64,000 nt of DNA from a virus. Lineage: Duplodnaviria; Heunggongvirae; Uroviricota; Caudoviricetes. Position 1 is the first letter of the stretch; every line of letters begins with the position of its first letter. The translations under genes were made by a program, and so were the position numbers. The DNA is taken from the IMG/VR virus record IMGVR_UViG_3300020714_000006; one strand, written 5' to 3'. Of this stretch, positions 30,918 to 40,738 are shown piece after piece. The notes beneath the pieces were generated by a model. That model made no database searches. It saw nothing but the letters and a program-made list of their open reading frames with translations, and was not told the DNA's origin.

Positions 30918-31226
30918 TCAATCTAAATCTTCTAAATCTGGGTCATAGACTGTGATATAAGTATCATCTTCAAATGGTTCTTCTGTTATGATATAACCAA
31001 TGCGATTGGCTAATCTATAACCAGATTGAAGAACAGTTGGTTCATAATCTGGCACATAAGTCCATACACGATTAGGTTCTGTATTAGCAATAGATAATAC
31101 ATATTCCAATTCATCACCAGAGGTTTCAAACATACATCCAGCTAAACTTGCATTGTCGTCTAAATGGTTTACAATGGGACGATACTTTTCTTCAAACTCA
31201 TCATATGTTATTTCATATTGCTTCAT
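30918..31226 (-). CDS. Acidic early hypothetical protein
   Basis: Promoter module. Confidence 0.7.
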   Translation of the reverse strand: MKQYEITYDEFEEKYRPIVNHLDDNASLAGCMFETSGDELEYVLSIANTEPNRVWTYVPDYEPTVLQSGYRLANRIGYIITEEPFEDDTYITVYDPDLEDLD

Positions 31227-31294
31227 ACTAATTGCTCCGTTGTTGTTGAATATGTGTCCATTATATACTAATGAACACTATTGTCAAATCTTTA

Positions 31295-31552
31295 TTAATC
31301 TTTTTTACAATCACATACTTCATGAATATATCCACAAGTATCACAATGGGTTTCACTTGGGTCTGCTTCATCTTCAAGATAATCATCTTTAATCCATTGT
31401 GGTACTATGTCCCCAAATCCCTCGATATCTTTTGGTGTTAGTGTATAACCAAATTCAATATTGTCAACATCAATTAAACATACATCTACATCTGCATCAT
31501 TGACATAATCAGCCATGCCACCCTTTACTATAATAACTACTCTTTTATTCAT
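31295..31552 (-). CDS. Early protein with C-terminal CxxC..HxxCxC
   Basis: Promoter module. Confidence 0.65.
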   Translation of the reverse strand: MNKRVVIIVKGGMADYVNDADVDVCLIDVDNIEFGYTLTPKDIEGFGDIVPQWIKDDYLEDEADPSETHCDTCGYIHEVCDCKKD

Positions 31553-31609
31553 CTTGTCTTGCTCCGTTCTCGTTAAGATGTGTCTATTATAAACTATTGA
31601 ATAAGGTTG

Positions 31610-31795
31610 TCAACAATCTTTTTCTGCATTATCAAGCTCAAATCTACAAAAATCCGCAACCCCAGCCTCATAACCGATATTATAATAATACCAATCTTCT
31701 TCTAATATAGTTTCAATGTCTTCACTATAATATCCTTTATCTCTACCATCACGGTAGCCAATACCAAATGCGTAATATTGATTGAATTGTTCCAT
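31610..31795 (-). CDS. Early hypothetical protein
   Basis: Promoter module. Confidence 0.65.
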   Translation of the reverse strand: MEQFNQYYAFGIGYRDGRDKGYYSEDIETILEEDWYYYNIGYEAGVADFCRFELDNAEKDC

Positions 31796-32048
31796 TGTCT
31801 TGCTCCGTTGTTGTTGAATATGGGACTATTATAAACTACTGAACACTATTGTCAACTAATATTTTAGGCAAAAGAAAACCCATATACACTAAGGGAGCAA
31901 CTTAGCCTATATGGGTTATTCAATGTCAGCGGAATGCCGACTGGCTTTGAATAGCACTACACGGAGCATGGTGTGTGCTATTCGAGGTGATTATAATACC
32001 GGAGCAAGGGCATTATAATCAAGGGAGGACAACTTTATGTCATCAATG

Positions 32049-32843
32049 TTATATTCGTTTGAGTGTAAGACTAGCAACTTTTTTCCATTTATCGTTATCT
32101 GGAAATGCTTCTGCTAATTCCGCAGTTTTTGATACAGTTCTTAGTGATAACTTAATTTTATCTTTATTATCTAACACATAATCAACAACCGCTACCTTTG
32201 CTTCTTCGGTTAAATTCATTTCATTCAGCATACCATCAGCTACAACTTGTTTAATTCTTAAACTGCGTTCTCTAACGGTATGAATTGTAAGATCAAAATA
32301 ATGAACCCTATCTTCAAGTGCTTCTAAATGTGGTTTTAATGTTTTACTTCTAATCTTACTAAAATCAATATTAGTAATAAAAATGATACCACCTTTAAAT
32401 TCAAAAGAATTAGGAATACCTTCCTCACGCAATGAATGGCTATCAAAATGCCAGCTTAAGATTCTTGTCTTGCTAGTATCCAACGCGGATTTTAGCATAT
32501 TTAACCCACGTTCACTTTGAAACACATCATCACAATCATCAAAAATAATAGCATTTTTAGAATGACGGTATTCATACAATTTTTTATACATACCTAATTC
32601 ACCAATAGCACCTTTGACGATTTCATATTTTTTTAAACTTTGGTCTTGTGCAATATCAGCAAACATATCATGATATTTTAATACTTTTTCAATACCATGA
32701 CTTTTACCAATTCCAGCACTTCCTGATACAATCATTGAACGTACTGTTCCAGCTTTAACTGCTCGTGTCATGTCTTCAAGATAATTAAATCGTTCTCTGA
32801 TACGTTCCATGATTTCTTCATCTGTTTCCACTACTTTTATCAT
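32049..32843 (-). CDS. AAA+-type P-loop ATPase
   Basis: MIVSGSAGIGKS; IIFDDCD; IIFITN; EALEDR. Confidence 0.85.
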   Translation of the reverse strand: MIKVVETDEEIMERIRERFNYLEDMTRAVKAGTVRSMIVSGSAGIGKSHGIEKVLKYHDMFADIAQDQSLKKYEIVKGAIGELGMYKKLYEYRHSKNAIIFDDCDDVFQSERGLNMLKSALDTSKTRILSWHFDSHSLREEGIPNSFEFKGGIIFITNIDFSKIRSKTLKPHLEALEDRVHYFDLTIHTVRERSLRIKQVVADGMLNEMNLTEEAKVAVVDYVLDNKDKIKLSLRTVSKTAELAEAFPDNDKWKKVASLTLKRI

Positions 32844-32905
32844 TGCCTATTCCAGTTTTGTTAATATATGGTTATTATAATTTATTGTCAATAATATGTC
32901 AAGTG

Positions 32906-32988
32906 ATAAATACACTGCAACAAAAAAAGCCAATCGCGGTGGTGGTACACCCATTGGCATTAACGTCTTTGAGGAGGACATCAACATG
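32906..32988 (+). promoter_or_regulatory. Endonuclease leader motif, copy 2
   Basis: ATAAATA; GCCAAT-CGC-GGTG(N6)CACC-C-ATTGGC; GTC(TTTGAGGAG)GAC; ATG. Confidence 0.7.
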
Positions 32989-33789
32989 GATATTTATATT
33001 CCGTACACCTATATTATTAAATTTTTACCAACTGGTCAAGTCTATTATGGAGTTAGTTATGCTAATAATTCTAAAAGAGTTGCTAATCCATCTCAATTTT
33101 GGATTTCATATTTTACATCATCATCAACTATACATCAACTAATATCTGCTTATGGTATAGAATCATTTTCTGTTCAGGTTAGAAAAACTTTCAACAATGC
33201 TTCAGAGGCACGATTATGGGAACATAAGGTGCTTAGTAGGGTCAATGCTAAAAATAATCCATTATGGTTTAATAATCACAATGGTGGAACTAATTTTGCT
33301 AATGCTAAGCTATCAGCAGAACATAAAGAAAAAATAGCACGATCTAGACGAGGTAACCCTCTTTCAGATGAAACAAAACGTAAAATTAGCGAAACACGAA
33401 AACAATTAAGTTTACCATCCCCAACAACAGGAACACCACGTTCAGACGAAACAAAACGTAAAATTAGCGAAACACGAAAACAATTAAGTATACCATCACC
33501 ATTCAAAGGAAAAACACATACAACCGAAACAAAAATAAAATGTGGTAGTAAGAATAAAGGTCGTAAATTATCTGATGAAAATAAACAAAAGCTGTTACTA
33601 GCCAATATTGGTAGGAAAATGACAGAGGCTAATAAAAAACTATTATCACAACGGGCAAGTAAAGCAGTGTATTGTGATGGTTTTATTTTTAGTTCAATCA
33701 AATTAGCCGCACAAATATTAAGAGTACACATTTCTACTATTCTGAATAGAAAAAAGGCATACCCTTTACGATATTTTAATATAAATTAA
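32986..33789 (+). CDS. GIY-YIG (Seg-like) homing endonuclease with NUMOD3 repeats
   Basis: YTYIIKFLPTGQVYYGV; YFTSS; repeated SDETKRKISETRK. Confidence 0.85.
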   Translation: MDIYIPYTYIIKFLPTGQVYYGVSYANNSKRVANPSQFWISYFTSSSTIHQLISAYGIESFSVQVRKTFNNASEARLWEHKVLSRVNAKNNPLWFNNHNGGTNFANAKLSAEHKEKIARSRRGNPLSDETKRKISETRKQLSLPSPTTGTPRSDETKRKISETRKQLSIPSPFKGKTHTTETKIKCGSKNKGRKLSDENKQKLLLANIGRKMTEANKKLLSQRASKAVYCDGFIFSSIKLAAQILRVHISTILNRKKAYPLRYFNIN

Positions 33790-34022
33790 CACTATCATAA
33801 AAAACTATATAAAAATCAATAACTTATAACTAAGGATAATACATTCACTTAAATGACATTATCCTTATAAATCAATGACTTAGTTAAAAAAGTGTTGCAA
33901 GAAACTCAATTAGCAGTATCATAGCACCCACATTTCACGTAGGAACGCACATTTTATATAAGTCATTGATTTTATTATTAAACCACATAATAAAGTATAT
34001 TTTACTATATTGTTCTTATTTA

Positions 34023-34217
34023 ATGTTATTATAGAGAGCCCACTCATCTAAAATGAGTACCTCCACCTACAACGGTAGTATGCTAAGCCTTCCAAAATAA
34101 ACTCTGATACCGTATGTACACTAAGGTATTTTCATTTACTTGTATCGCAACCAAAGCCACTTCCGTCGAAGTCGAATACTTCAGTTTGCATTACACTAAG
34201 ACTCTCTATAATAACAT
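34023..34217 (-). ncRNA. Candidate structured RNA closed by a 16-bp perfect inverted repeat
   Basis: ATGTTATTATAGAGAG / CTCTCTATAATAACAT enclosing several hairpins; lies downstream of the tRNA. Confidence 0.4.
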
Positions 34218-34245
34218 ATATTAAACCATATGATAAAGCAGTTTG

Positions 34246-34317
34246 TACACCCTCCGAGACTCGAACTCAGATCTGACAAATTATGAGTTTGTTGTTTTAC
34301 CATTAAACTAAAGGTGT
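34246..34317 (-). tRNA. tRNA with anticodon CAT, probably Ile2; CCA not encoded
   Basis: Full cloverleaf: ACACCTT/AGGGTGT, GTTT/AAAC, ACAAA-CTCATAA-TTTGT, CTGAG-TTCGAGT-CTCGG; C4-G69 and C5-G68. Confidence 0.85.
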
Positions 34318-34681
34318 ACAAACTGCTCTACCGGCCCAATTTGTCAGTCATATACCTGACTGACTAAGGTTATATTATACTACTAAATGAAGAATAATGC
34401 AAGCACAAATATAAATGCTATTAGATATAGTACTTTGCTTGTTTCTTCTACTACCACGGGCACATTACTCTGTTCTTGCAAATAATGTCTACGTTGAATG
34501 CTACACTCTGGAACTCTCATTTATTCTCCTAATAATAACTCAATAGCGTCATCATCTTGCGAATGGACAATGCCATCATCAGTTGATATATAATACCATA
34601 ATCCCGATAATCTTGCAAACTCTTTTGCTACATCTAAAAATTCAAAGATACTTGCTTTACCATTTACATATACTCGATACA

Positions 34682-34909
34682 TTACGCCTCCTCTACTGTT
34701 ATTTCTAATGGATAGTCATCTTGAACTATCAACCTACACTTTACTTGTCTACTATTAAAAGTGCTTGGATATATTACCGTATCAATCAAGTCATTGTCAA
34801 GAAATATATTCCAAGATCGAACAGTTACAGTATCAGTACTTGGTTCTATGAAATCTTCTGGCTCAATGTCATCGTCTGCGTCTAATATGACAACCTCGCC
34901 CTTTTTCAT
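34682..34909 (-). CDS. Acidic hypothetical protein
   Basis: ATGA-coupled to csrA. Confidence 0.65.
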   Translation of the reverse strand: MKKGEVVILDADDDIEPEDFIEPSTDTVTVRSWNIFLDNDLIDTVIYPSTFNSRQVKCRLIVQDDYPLEITVEEA

Positions 34910-35091
34910 GACACCACTTCCTTTTCTTCTCTTAAGATACGGGCATAGACTTCTTCCCTATGAACTGATACATCTCTGGGTGCAGTAAAACTCAGTTTTG
35001 CTTGATTGCCTTGAATAGCAATAAGAGTAACAATTACCTCATCTCCTATCATTATTGATTCACCTACTTTTCTTGTTAAAACTAATGCCAT
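34906..35091 (-). CDS. csrA: CsrA/RsmA translational regulator
   Basis: [37 protein letters not shown]. Confidence 0.92.
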   Translation of the reverse strand: MALVLTRKVGESIMIGDEVIVTLIAIQGNQAKLSFTAPRDVSVHREEVYARILREEKEVVS

Positions 35092-35158
35092 TTTCTTACT
35101 CCGTACTGTGTTTGTGTTATTGAGCGGTCGTTATAACCGCTCGTTTCTGTTTTGTCAA

Positions 35159-35794
35159 CTACCAAGAACTATGATATTCAAAAGTCCAGTTGGCTTGGGT
35201 AGATTTCTTTAATACACTTCTTAAGAACTTCTTAGTATTTCTTAAATCATCAAAGTACCATTTGTTATAATCGGTATTACCAAAGAAGCAACCATTAGAA
35301 GATGGTAATATCTTGTGTGCTAACCATAGATTAGACTTTGGTGCTTCCCATTTATACTTCTCATTATACATCTGTTTAGAAGCTGGAAACTTAATACCAG
35401 CTAATATAAAACTAATGCGTTCTTGTAAATCTATTAAATGGTGTTTTTCTACTGTATATCTTGTACAATCATCAATACCATCTTGTACATATTTTACAAA
35501 CCAATCATGTATCTGATTTGCTTTTCTCCAGTACATTACCTCTGTGCTTATGACATACTCACCATTAATCTTCCTAACAGTATTGATATCACCCATTTGA
35601 CCAACTAACTTTGGTAATGACTTTAATACTTGTGTAATTACTGCACCATTGCCCCAAAATTGTGATATAAACAATCCCTCTTCTGTCTCCATATCAGGTT
35701 CATTTAAGGTATTGAAGTAATCAATATATAACTTCTCTTTTTTCTTATATGCTGATAATGTTTTATTACCAACAAAATATTGATCTAAGCCCAT
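35159..35794 (-). CDS. Conserved phage hypothetical protein (MGLDQY..YWRKANQIHDWF)
   Basis: Recurrent phage motif; GGAG RBS. Confidence 0.75.
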   Translation of the reverse strand: MGLDQYFVGNKTLSAYKKKEKLYIDYFNTLNEPDMETEEGLFISQFWGNGAVITQVLKSLPKLVGQMGDINTVRKINGEYVISTEVMYWRKANQIHDWFVKYVQDGIDDCTRYTVEKHHLIDLQERISFILAGIKFPASKQMYNEKYKWEAPKSNLWLAHKILPSSNGCFFGNTDYNKWYFDDLRNTKKFLRSVLKKSTQANWTFEYHSSW

Positions 35795-35868
35795 AATACT
35801 TTAATCTCCGTCGTTGTTTAAGTTGTAATTAGTATAGCATAATAAAAACACTTGTCAACACTATTTTG

Positions 35869-35948
35869 ATAAATAATAGACAATAAAAAAGCCAATCGTG
35901 ATATTGCAAGTATCCATTGGCGGTAACGACTGGAGGGTCATCACAATG
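35869..35948 (+). promoter_or_regulatory. Endonuclease leader motif, copy 3
   Basis: ATAAATA; GCCAAT-CGT-GATA(N7)TATC-C-ATTGGC; GAC(TGGAGG)GTC; ATG. Confidence 0.7.
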
Positions 35949-36647
35949 GATATTTATCCTATACAATCTAAGCATTGTAAAAAATGCAATACCATTTTGT
36001 CAATAGATAATTTTCATAAAGACAAAGATAAAAAAGACGGGTTAAAAACACAATGTAAAAATTGTGAAAAAATCCGTAAAAAACTAACATATAAACCAGC
36101 TATACCTATTAAACTTCTCACTGTATCATCTGGTTATCATCATTGTAAAAAATGCGATACAACACGTCCTATAACTGAATTTAGTAAAGATAAATCTAAA
36201 CCCAACGGGATATCTTACACATGTAAATATTGCCGTAAATCATATCAGGATAAGTATCACCCAGAATACTTTCAAAATAATAAATCTAAAAGAGCAGAAT
36301 ATGCTAAAAATAGACGTGCTACTGATCCAATGTATCGGTTTAAAAGCAATGTTCGGTCATTAGTTTATAACGCTTTTTATAAGAAAGGCTATTCTAAAAA
36401 ATCCAAAACATTTTCAATATTAGGATGTTCTTACGAACAATTTATAATCCATTTAGAAACACAATTTACTGATGGTATGAAATGGGATAATTATGGTGAA
36501 TGGGTTATTGACCATATCATTCCGTTAGCATCTGCCTTGACTGAAAGTGATATAATAACATTAAATTATTATACCAACTTACAGCCATTATGGGCAACTG
36601 ATAACCTAGCAAAAAGTGATAAACTAGATTGGATTAAACCATTATAG
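35946..36647 (+). CDS. HNH/EndoVII-like endonuclease with two CxxC..CxxC fingers
   Basis: WVIDHIIPLA..NYYTNLQPLWATDNLAKS. Confidence 0.85.
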   Translation: MDIYPIQSKHCKKCNTILSIDNFHKDKDKKDGLKTQCKNCEKIRKKLTYKPAIPIKLLTVSSGYHHCKKCDTTRPITEFSKDKSKPNGISYTCKYCRKSYQDKYHPEYFQNNKSKRAEYAKNRRATDPMYRFKSNVRSLVYNAFYKKGYSKKSKTFSILGCSYEQFIIHLETQFTDGMKWDNYGEWVIDHIIPLASALTESDIITLNYYTNLQPLWATDNLAKSDKLDWIKPL

Positions 36648-36690
36648 TAAGAAGTGTCCATTATATACTAATGGACACGATTGTCAACTA

Positions 36691-36954
36691 TTAAAAATGT
36701 TTCATTTCTTTAAATTCTGCACCAGTTAAATAAGCGGATACTAACTCAATTCTGTTGTGTATTTCTGTTAGTTTTTTGGTTTCATTAGCAATGACATTTG
36801 TTATACAACTTTCCAATTTATCAAGTTTATCCTCTTTATGAACGCAACTTGACCAGCCATAGCATTCAATAATGGTAGTACCGCGATCTGTTATTTCTAC
36901 TTTAATAGTAGATGATAACTCTCCAACTTTTACTGTTTTAATAAATTTTTTCAT
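36691..36954 (-). CDS. Early hypothetical protein
   Basis: GGAGC RBS; its promoter hairpin loop is inverted. Confidence 0.65.
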   Translation of the reverse strand: MKKFIKTVKVGELSSTIKVEITDRGTTIIECYGWSSCVHKEDKLDKLESCITNVIANETKKLTEIHNRIELVSAYLTGAEFKEMKHF

Positions 36955-37024
36955 TATATTGCTCCAATATGTTTGTTTAAGAAGTGTCCATTAGTTTATA
37001 ATGGACACCATTGTCAACTACTAA

Positions 37025-37210
37025 TTATTCGATTTCTTCGTCTTCTTCAATCAATCCCAGAGTAATCGCATGACCTTTTAATTCTGAAACTGGTAAATCA
37101 TTGAAGTAATCAAATTGATCTTCACAGTAAACCTGCTGTAAATCTTCCATTGTCGCACTTGCCAATGCGTGTTCAGCTAATTCTGCTATAATATCATCTC
37201 TTTGTTTCAT
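37025..37210 (-). CDS. Acidic early protein
   Basis: Promoter module. Confidence 0.65.
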   Translation of the reverse strand: MKQRDDIIAELAEHALASATMEDLQQVYCEDQFDYFNDLPVSELKGHAITLGLIEEDEEIE

Positions 37211-37266
37211 CTTGTTTGCTCCGTTGTTGTTAATATGTGTCCATTATAAACTAATGGACACGATTG

Positions 37267-37518
37267 TCAAACATTATATTTTATATCTTCTCGCCATTGA
37301 TGATCTGGTTCAATTATATCACCATTCAATGTAGTGAAACCAATGTCCATTACATCTACACTACTAGGCAAACTTTCACCATAGTAATCAAAGTATTCAT
37401 AGACATCAACTTTAATCGGCCTAGAACCAAAATCATCGGTTAAATTACACGTTATGACACCACCAGCAATGGCATCAAATACAAATGTACCATGAGAACT
37501 TTTTGCTGTTACTAACAT
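37267..37518 (-). CDS. Early hypothetical protein
   Basis: GGAG RBS. Confidence 0.6.
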   Translation of the reverse strand: MLVTAKSSHGTFVFDAIAGGVITCNLTDDFGSRPIKVDVYEYFDYYGESLPSSVDVMDIGFTTLNGDIIEPDHQWREDIKYNV

Positions 37519-37834
37519 ATCATTACTCCACTATTTCGTAATCAGTCAATTCAGTATCTAAGATTTCTACACCATCTAAATCTATACCAAAATCATATTC
37601 TAAATCACCAAATATGTCTTCTATGGAATGTTTTCCATCGGTATCATATTCAATTCTTGCGGTAATATACATAACCTTTGTAGCCATTATTTCTCCTCAT
37701 TATATTCTTCAACACTTTCGATTGACATATTACCATACTTATTGGGTTCAATACCACCAGAGTATAATATATCAGTCGCTGTTTCTTCATCTTCTGCTTC
37801 TATGATATAGATTTCTTCTACTACTTGCACAATC

Positions 37835-38185
37835 TTAAAAGTTTTCATTACATGATACCCATTTTATTGCTGAATTCCATAATAACCAATTATCTTCAAT
37901 ATGGTCGGTATTATACGTTCTTTTACCAGTCCTGAAGTATTCAATGATTTCTTCATCATCTACTTTGGCAACATTTTTACTATATGACTTGATAAATGCT
38001 TCTTGCATAATAGTCAATTCTTCTACCTTAATCATTTCTATATGAATATCATCTGCATCACACTCAAAATATTTAAAAGCAAATAATTCCTTTAGAATAT
38101 GATCAAGAGCATCTGCTTCATTATCTGGCATATCTTTAGCTGTCCCAAAGTAACTGCCTTTGAAAAATATATCGTAATCTCTCAT
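37835..38185 (-). CDS. Early hypothetical protein
   Basis: Promoter module. Confidence 0.65.
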   Translation of the reverse strand: MRDYDIFFKGSYFGTAKDMPDNEADALDHILKELFAFKYFECDADDIHIEMIKVEELTIMQEAFIKSYSKNVAKVDDEEIIEYFRTGKRTYNTDHIEDNWLLWNSAIKWVSCNENF

Positions 38186-38251
38186 TGTCTTGCTCCGTTG
38201 TTGTTAAGATGTGTCCATTATAAACTAATGGACACTATTGTCAACTACTAA

Positions 38252-38866
38252 TTATTCGTGTTCTTCGTCTTGGTCTTCTTCCCACATTTCTAAATTCTCG
38301 ATGATATTAAATTCTTCATCTAATTCAGTTGGTAAGATATCTCTAGCATTCTCTAAACTCTCCCACTCGAAATATGAATTACCTCCCTCATTGGTAAACC
38401 ATCCAGCAAAACCACAACCAGACTCATAATACTTGGCATCTACTTCATAACCTTGTTCAAATAACTCTACATATATTTCACTAGGTGAACACCATGCTGT
38501 ATCAAATACCGCTCTTACAGTATAATCAGTCAATTCTAAACCATTGCCTTTATCTAACCATTGTGGCGGTAAATCCTCTATAATTCTAGCATCACATATA
38601 TCCCACTTCGTTCCCCACTCATGTGTAGTAAATTCATGCCAATCTGAATAACCATATTTCTTTCTATTCGATAATTGTTTAGCTTCTAATTCTTCTTGTT
38701 CAGGTGTTCCAGCACCCATACAACCTGCAACCGTTTCAAGCAATTCTTGTGGTACTGGTTTAATGGTTTCACATAATCTATTGTTTCTAATTGCTTCTAC
38801 AATCAGTTCCATTTTCTTAGGATCTGGATGTGATAATGTTAATGTATTATTGCACCAATTTGGCAT
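38252..38866 (-). CDS. YubB/Api92-like (DUF1281-type) ferredoxin-like protein
   Basis: MPNWCNNTL, DW...WGTKWD, FDTAWCSP, YYESGCGFAG. Confidence 0.75.
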   Translation of the reverse strand: MPNWCNNTLTLSHPDPKKMELIVEAIRNNRLCETIKPVPQELLETVAGCMGAGTPEQEELEAKQLSNRKKYGYSDWHEFTTHEWGTKWDICDARIIEDLPPQWLDKGNGLELTDYTVRAVFDTAWCSPSEIYVELFEQGYEVDAKYYESGCGFAGWFTNEGGNSYFEWESLENARDILPTELDEEFNIIENLEMWEEDQDEEHE

Positions 38867-38926
38867 TGTCTTGCTCCGTTTATTGTTAAGATGTGTCCAT
38901 TATATACTAATGAACACTATTGTCAA

Positions 38927-39151
38927 CTATTTTGATAGATACTTTAATCTTGCTTCATGGGCATCATCATAACTGTATTCATGTGTTCCCATTACATAAG
39001 GCCAACCAGAAAACGCATTACCATTACCTAAGAACTTTAATACATATTTGCCATTATGTATTTGAACTACAAGAATGTTAGTAATGTTGCGTAATTTCTC
39101 TAATGATGATACTCGTTCATCTAAGATACCCTCTGAACTGTTCCAACCCAT
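38927..39151 (-). CDS. Early hypothetical protein
   Basis: ACGGAGC RBS. Confidence 0.65.
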   Translation of the reverse strand: MGWNSSEGILDERVSSLEKLRNITNILVVQIHNGKYVLKFLGNGNAFSGWPYVMGTHEYSYDDAHEARLKYLSK

Positions 39152-39192
39152 TGTATTGCTCCGTTTCGTTAATGTCAGGTTATTATACCAAG

Positions 39193-39402
39193 TTATTCGT
39201 TGATGTCAACAAGTTTTAATTCATAAAACATATCTTTTTCTAAATCAACTTCATTATAGTCAATGGCATAATTGTCACCATACTCTTCACCAATGCCATA
39301 AAACATTTCATCATCCCAATGAGAGATACGAATGCCCTCACAATCGGCTGGTACATAGACTGCTGTTCTTGCTAATATAGCCTTAATTTTTTCAATACTC
39401 AT
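39193..39402 (-). CDS. Early hypothetical protein
   Basis: Coupled to the upstream gene. Confidence 0.65.
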   Translation of the reverse strand: MSIEKIKAILARTAVYVPADCEGIRISHWDDEMFYGIGEEYGDNYAIDYNEVDLEKDMFYELKLVDINE

Positions 39403-39611
39403 TGCTCTGCTCCTAAACTGAAATTACTAATACCTACGAATTTATACTCATCATACCAATCTGATTGACAACTACAACATTTTACATTGACTGTTGCCAT
39501 ATTGCAATCTAAATCTATACAAGAACTCTCTAAATCATTACTTCCACAATGGGGACAATATATACCACCTTTCTCTACATACTTGTTTTCTTGCTCTTTA
39601 GTCAATTTCAT
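39399..39611 (-). CDS. Zn-ribbon protein
   Basis: CPHCGS..CCSC. Confidence 0.7.
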   Translation of the reverse strand: MKLTKEQENKYVEKGGIYCPHCGSNDLESSCIDLDCNMATVNVKCCSCQSDWYDEYKFVGISNFSLGAEQ

Positions 39612-39659
39612 TGCTCTGCTCCACTTTGTTTAAGATGTGTCTAGTATAACATACCAGTT

Positions 39660-39977
39660 CTATTTGATCAACTCATTAAAATTTTTCCATTTTGGAACAT
39701 ACCAACCGTCCGAATCAGAAAGAGTATTGTATAAGTGATCACCTAATTCAATTTCATTGTTCTGCATTGGTACAACAGCTTCATCTTCATCTTCATCTTC
39801 ATCTTCTTCTGAAGTAAAACATATAGAAAATGGTTGTTTACATTTCTTAAGTTCAACTGCATGTGGGTCTACAAATTCATCTATCGCCCAAAATAAATCA
39901 GTGGTATTACCAGCTGATACTAATCCATGATGACTAATGGTATTGTCTGATTGTTTAATTCGAAATGCGTATATCAT
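39660..39977 (-). CDS. Acidic early protein
   Basis: Promoter module; (ED)n tract. Confidence 0.65.
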   Translation of the reverse strand: MIYAFRIKQSDNTISHHGLVSAGNTTDLFWAIDEFVDPHAVELKKCKQPFSICFTSEEDEDEDEDEAVVPMQNNEIELGDHLYNTLSDSDGWYVPKWKNFNELIK

Positions 39978-40039
39978 CGTTCTGCTCCACTTTGTTTAAG
40001 ATGTGTCCATTATAAACTAATGGACACGATTGTCAACTA

Positions 40040-40414
40040 TTATGCGTAATCATCTAATGTTAAAATATTTAATGTTAAAATATTGTATACGTCTGGATAA
40101 TCATATCTTACATCATTGACTATTGTTTGTATATCTTTTCTGTGTTTCATTTCTTGATATAACTGAGCGAATGCTTCAATCTTATTCATTATATCATTGT
40201 TCAACTCATGAACTTCATCAATATGCATCTTTATTGCTTCATCAATCTCTTTTGCTTGAAGTAAATCATTGCAATCAACATAGATAAGACCCTCAGTATA
40301 ATCTACTGTAGCCAATCCACCTGTCAATTCTCTTACCTTTTTTTCATAACCATGAACTCTAAATAACTCATTTATGTGTTGTGAAAAATTTACTTCAACT
40401 CTATATAATATCAT
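40040..40414 (-). CDS. Early hypothetical protein
   Basis: Promoter module. Confidence 0.65.
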   Translation of the reverse strand: MILYRVEVNFSQHINELFRVHGYEKKVRELTGGLATVDYTEGLIYVDCNDLLQAKEIDEAIKMHIDEVHELNNDIMNKIEAFAQLYQEMKHRKDIQTIVNDVRYDYPDVYNILTLNILTLDDYA

Positions 40415-40478
40415 TGTCTTGCTCCGTTTCGTTTAAGATGTGTTCATTATATACTAATGAACACTATTGTCAACTATT

Positions 40479-40679
40479 TTATACTAATACCTTGTATGTT
40501 TTACGACCTAGTACATATTCCTTAAACTTATTACGTTGAGCATGTTCGTGCATAATTTCTACTGCTCTCTCATATTCTACATCTCTTGCAATCGTGTATT
40601 GGTCATCACACTCATTATCACATATCATTAAATCATATCCATCTGCACCTTGGTGACTTATACAATATTCATACTTCAT
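40479..40679 (-). CDS. Early hypothetical protein
   Basis: Promoter module. Confidence 0.65.
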   Translation of the reverse strand: MKYEYCISHQGADGYDLMICDNECDDQYTIARDVEYERAVEIMHEHAQRNKFKEYVLGRKTYKVLV

Positions 40680-40738
40680 CTTCTTGCTCCGTTCTTGTTA
40701 AGATGTGTTCATTATATACTAATGAACACTATTGTCAA

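Noticed and set aside
34023-34217. tmRNA or a second tRNA (TTCGAC motifs)
   Set aside because: No acceptor stem with CCA, no tag reading frame and no cloverleaf.
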